A stretch of DNA of 64,000 bases from Asterias rubens (Eukaryota), in NCBI RefSeq assembly GCF_902459465.1, contig NC_047066.1, forward strand, positions 5,084,001-5,148,000, given 5' to 3'. The notes below the pieces were generated by a model that was not told where the DNA came from, ran no database searches, and saw only the letters and a program-made list of their open reading frames with translations. Both the position numbers and the translations under genes were made by a program. Below, one piece after another: positions 60,607 through 64,000 of the stretch; positions within the stretch are counted from its first letter, which is position 1; each line of letters opens with the position of its first letter.

Positions 60607-61599
60607 ATGAGATTATTTAGAAGGGGACGCTGTAAGTATTTTTGTCTAACTTTGGTCTATATTTTAGTGGTGTATGTTATCTTTAACAACATTCCCATTT
60701 CGATCTTCAATCGCCATGAGTGTGACCCTTACCTGAAAATGAAAGACGGCAAACAATTTCATCACACTTTCTTCCTGGCCGAGCCACAGACTTGTTTTCA
60801 CGCTTCGAGTTCGCATCCGAGGCCCGTGTTCTTGTTAGTTGTGATCGCTTCTTCGGGGGACAACTTCGAGAGGCGTCAAGCGATTCGCGAGACATGGGGA
60901 AGTCCCAAGGAGATCATGGGGAGGGGTATCGTCACAGTCTTCCTGCTCGGCGAGGAGCCCCTGGAGAAGTTTTCTCCCGAAACCCGAGATTTACTTCAGG
61001 ATGAAAGCGCTGCACACCATGACATTCTCCAGGCAGACTTCATTGACACTTATAAGAACCTCACCATTAAGACCATAGTTGGACTGAAGTGGATCCACGC
61101 GTACTGTTCCCATGCCTCGTACTTCATGAAAACAGACGATGACATGTACATCAGTTACGCTAACTTAGTCAAGAATCTGTCTGCTCCCTCGACCCCAACC
61201 ACTGACTTTGCGATGGGTCATCTCTTCGAGAACAATTTTGCCTCTCGAAGTTTTCACAATAAATTCTACATGCCGAGATGTATGTTCCCGGAGAAGTTCT
61301 ACCCTCCGTATCTTGCAGGGTCAGGCTATGTCATGTCTGGCGATTTGGCGGGAAAGATCTTCCGAACTGCTTTGTATAGTAACTTCGTTTATTTCGAGGA
61401 CGTCTTTGTTGGGGTGTGTTTTCGGACGCTAGGGGTAAAGCCCACAGGACACAGCGGTTTTAATTTTATACACATTGGTTATGAGTTTTGCAAATATAGA
61501 AATGATGTGGTTTCATCTCATGGAGTTGAGACGAAGGAAATGCACGATATATGGAACGATCTACAAAATTCTGAAACTAAATGTTTACCGTCAACTTAA
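60607..61599 (+). CDS. Beta-1,3-galactosyltransferase-like (CAZy GT31), single coding exon, 330 aa, type II membrane protein
   Basis: ATG at 60607: MRLFRRGRCKYF followed by a TM segment (CLTLVYILVVYVIF). Motifs RRQAIRETWG, DILQADFIDTYKNLTIKT, YFMKTDDD (DxD), YPPYLAGSGYVMS, EDVFVG. The longer ORF from 60430 (GTG) only adds the translated (AAC)n repeat after an in-frame TAG at 60421. Confidence 0.93.
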   Translation: MRLFRRGRCKYFCLTLVYILVVYVIFNNIPISIFNRHECDPYLKMKDGKQFHHTFFLAEPQTCFHASSSHPRPVFLLVVIASSGDNFERRQAIRETWGSPKEIMGRGIVTVFLLGEEPLEKFSPETRDLLQDESAAHHDILQADFIDTYKNLTIKTIVGLKWIHAYCSHASYFMKTDDDMYISYANLVKNLSAPSTPTTDFAMGHLFENNFASRSFHNKFYMPRCMFPEKFYPPYLAGSGYVMSGDLAGKIFRTALYSNFVYFEDVFVGVCFRTLGVKPTGHSGFNFIHIGYEFCKYRNDVVSSHGVETKEMHDIWNDLQNSETKCLPST

Positions 61600-62175
61600 G
61601 TTTTTTTCAAAAACAAACCTTGCAACCCCAGTGTGAAATTGTCACGTAATTTGTTGATCAGGTTTTAGCAGGAAAACACGTCAATATTTTAACAAAGTTT
61701 TGTTGATAACTTTTCTCGTCAAATCAAAATGAACTCTTACTGTACGATTTGCGCAGCCACAAATTCGTGGGTAGACATGTTTTCGTGTCCCTTTTATAAG
61801 CAATAGTTTGAAAGCCGCTATGCCGACACAGTAATTTTACTTATATCAATTAACAATATTGTTGTGTTAATGATGAAAAAATGTGCTTGAGCTTGTCATA
61901 CATGACCTGCAATTGTGTTACTCAATATTTATTGGTCTTTTGGTACCTTTGTATAACAAAAAGTGTGTATTTTTTTAAAGAGATCAATTAAACAAGGGGT
62001 ATTCCATGATAATGGTGTTCATGATTCTTTTATGTGCACTTACCAACCCTAGTACACGTGACCAATGGCTTAATGTCCCATCCGAAGGACCAAGCAATTA
62101 TTTGTTACTATATCTTGCTCAAGGACTCGAGTCCAGTGCGCCTGAACACATACGAAAGCAAAAGGTGGGCAACCA

Positions 62176-62417
62176 GGGCCCAATTTCATAGAGCTGCTAA
62201 GCACACAAATTTGCTTAGCATGACATTTCTTTCTTGATGATAGACAGGATTACCAACTAAATTTCCATTTGTTGCATATTGCTTGTTACTGTAACAGTTC
62301 ATGTTGGTTTATACTGAACATCACGTGGAAATTTGGTTGGTAACCCTGTTTTTATCAAGGAAGAAATTCCATGCTGAGCAATTTTTTGTGTGCTTAGCAG
62401 CGCTATGAACTTGGGCT
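62176..62417. mobile_element. GGGCCCAATTTC-TIR MITE (Harbinger-like termini)
   Basis: GGGCCCAATTTCATAGAGCTGCTAAGCAC ... GTGCTTAGCAGCGCTATGAACTTGGGC; related copies at ~44-191, 1830-1985, 5940-6130, 28150-28310 and 62875 onward. Confidence 0.6.
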
Positions 62418-64000
62418 GGTAAAAGAGAAACACTACCACGTGAAACAGAAACACTTCCGTGTGAAAGACGATTGGGATCCAGTGAACACTTTTGGTATTT
62501 ACTCAAAATAATTATTAGCATAAACCCTTACTTGTAAACAAGTATTGGGGAGCTGCCGATAGTCTGTTTGTTTTCAGCTAGCTCCATAAATAATTAAATT
62601 TCAGGTTCGGTTCAAGTTCATGAAAAAAAAAAGACAGAGTTTGATCTATCGTAATACTTACAGTGTAATTGTTTTTATTGTCTTAAAAAACTCCCACCAA
62701 ATTAAGATCTAGAAAAACAACAAGAATACAAACAATTCCTTGCCCTATTAAACAGCACTAAGCTTTTATTTACATTATAATGAACACCTCGCCTGCGAGA
62801 TTGTTTACAGCCATTCAATTATAATCAAAATAGAGATCAAGTTTCATGAAGCTATTTACACTGTCATGTCAATCAAGTCCCAATTTCATAAAGCTGTTAA
62901 GCAGAAAATACTGCTTAAAGACACTTGACACTATTGGTAATTGTCAAAGACCAGTCTTCTCACTTGGTGAAGTTTTCGAGAAAGAAGTAATTTTCTACGA
63001 ATTTGATTTCGAGACCTCAGAATGACATTTTGATGTCCCGAAGTCAAGCATGTGAAAGCACACAACTTTGGGTGACACGGGTGTTTTTTCTTCAATTTTT
63101 ATCTCGAATTTTCACATGTTTTTTTATGCATATGTTGAGATATACCAAGTGAGAAGACTGGTCTTTGACAATTACAAATAGTGTCTATTGTCTTAAAGAC
63201 AAAATTAACCAACAATTACAATATTAGGGCAATGATTAGTTCCTTAAACGTGAATATCACATTGGTTGACGCAGATTATGCAAATCATTATTGCAATGAT
63301 CAACATCTAATACTTTGAACATAATCCAGATTTAAGAAGCTGCTTAGCACCGACAAATCTTGCTAAGAAAAGAAGGTATCGAGATCAATGGCTGACTGGT
63401 TCCCCTAAGACAAAATTTGGCAGTGCGCGTTTTCTGCAATACAGCTTTATGAAACAGCGCCAGGCATTCTTAGTTGGGCGCTAATATTTCTAACCCAATT
63501 GAAACACATGGGGATGTGTACAACACTGTTACCCGCTCAACGTTTTCATTATTAAATAGCCCAATTACAGTTTGTGATATTAAGTACTATTTGAAGTAAG
63601 GGTAATAAATAAACAGATTTTCAAGATGTAAGTTAAATATAAAACTTGTTATATAGGTGACAAATTTACAGATATTATTTTAAGATTGTCAAAATTATTT
63701 TTTCCATTGGACCACCGTACTATGAAATGGAATTTAAAATTACGTCAGGAAAATATACTTTACCTACACAATTTGGTTAATTTGGTTAATTTGGTATGAA
63801 TTCATAGTTCATTTGGTGTAGGGCCTATGGCGACATGCTGTTTTCTGTAATGGAACCAATCCACTGTTTATAATAACGACAAAAAGAGCATGCCCCATTG
63901 ACTTCAAACTCACACTTTTTACCACTACTGGTGTACATATTGATTTGACTGCTGGATTATATACTGTTCCCTTACCACCGAGACATCGATCTCGACCTGA

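Overview
AT-rich, intron-containing animal genomic DNA with three N gaps. It is most consistent with an echinoderm, probably a sea star; this is an inference from gene and repeat content, not verified. Left half: a matrix-metalloproteinase cluster. Two tandem 8-exon minus-strand MMPs (12188-19753 and 25989-38060) have identical intron phases, furin sites, intact [11 protein letters not shown] motifs, hemopexin domains and GPI-type tails. A convergent plus-strand last exon (872-1077) encodes an MMP-like protein whose catalytic Glu is replaced by Leu and which has no hemopexin domain. Right half: a 9-coding-exon, bacterial-type cholesterol-oxidase-like GMC flavoprotein (minus, 44868-52093) with a predicted N-myristoylated start and a CxxCxxCxxxC motif. 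It lies head-to-head with a single-coding-exon GT31 beta-1,3-galactosyltransferase-like gene (60607-61599). Between MMP-C and the GMC gene is a near-full-length CR1/L2-group LINE with one frameshift. The rest is dense with non-autonomous elements: more than 15 TTAA-flanked Kolobok-like MITEs, a nested IS3EU-like foldback with a 6-bp TSD, a CACTA-like MITE inside a SINE, a ~3.1-kb Helentron-like element carrying satellite arrays, tRNA-derived SINEs and micro/minisatellites. All gene models were assembled by hand from splice signals and reading-frame continuity.
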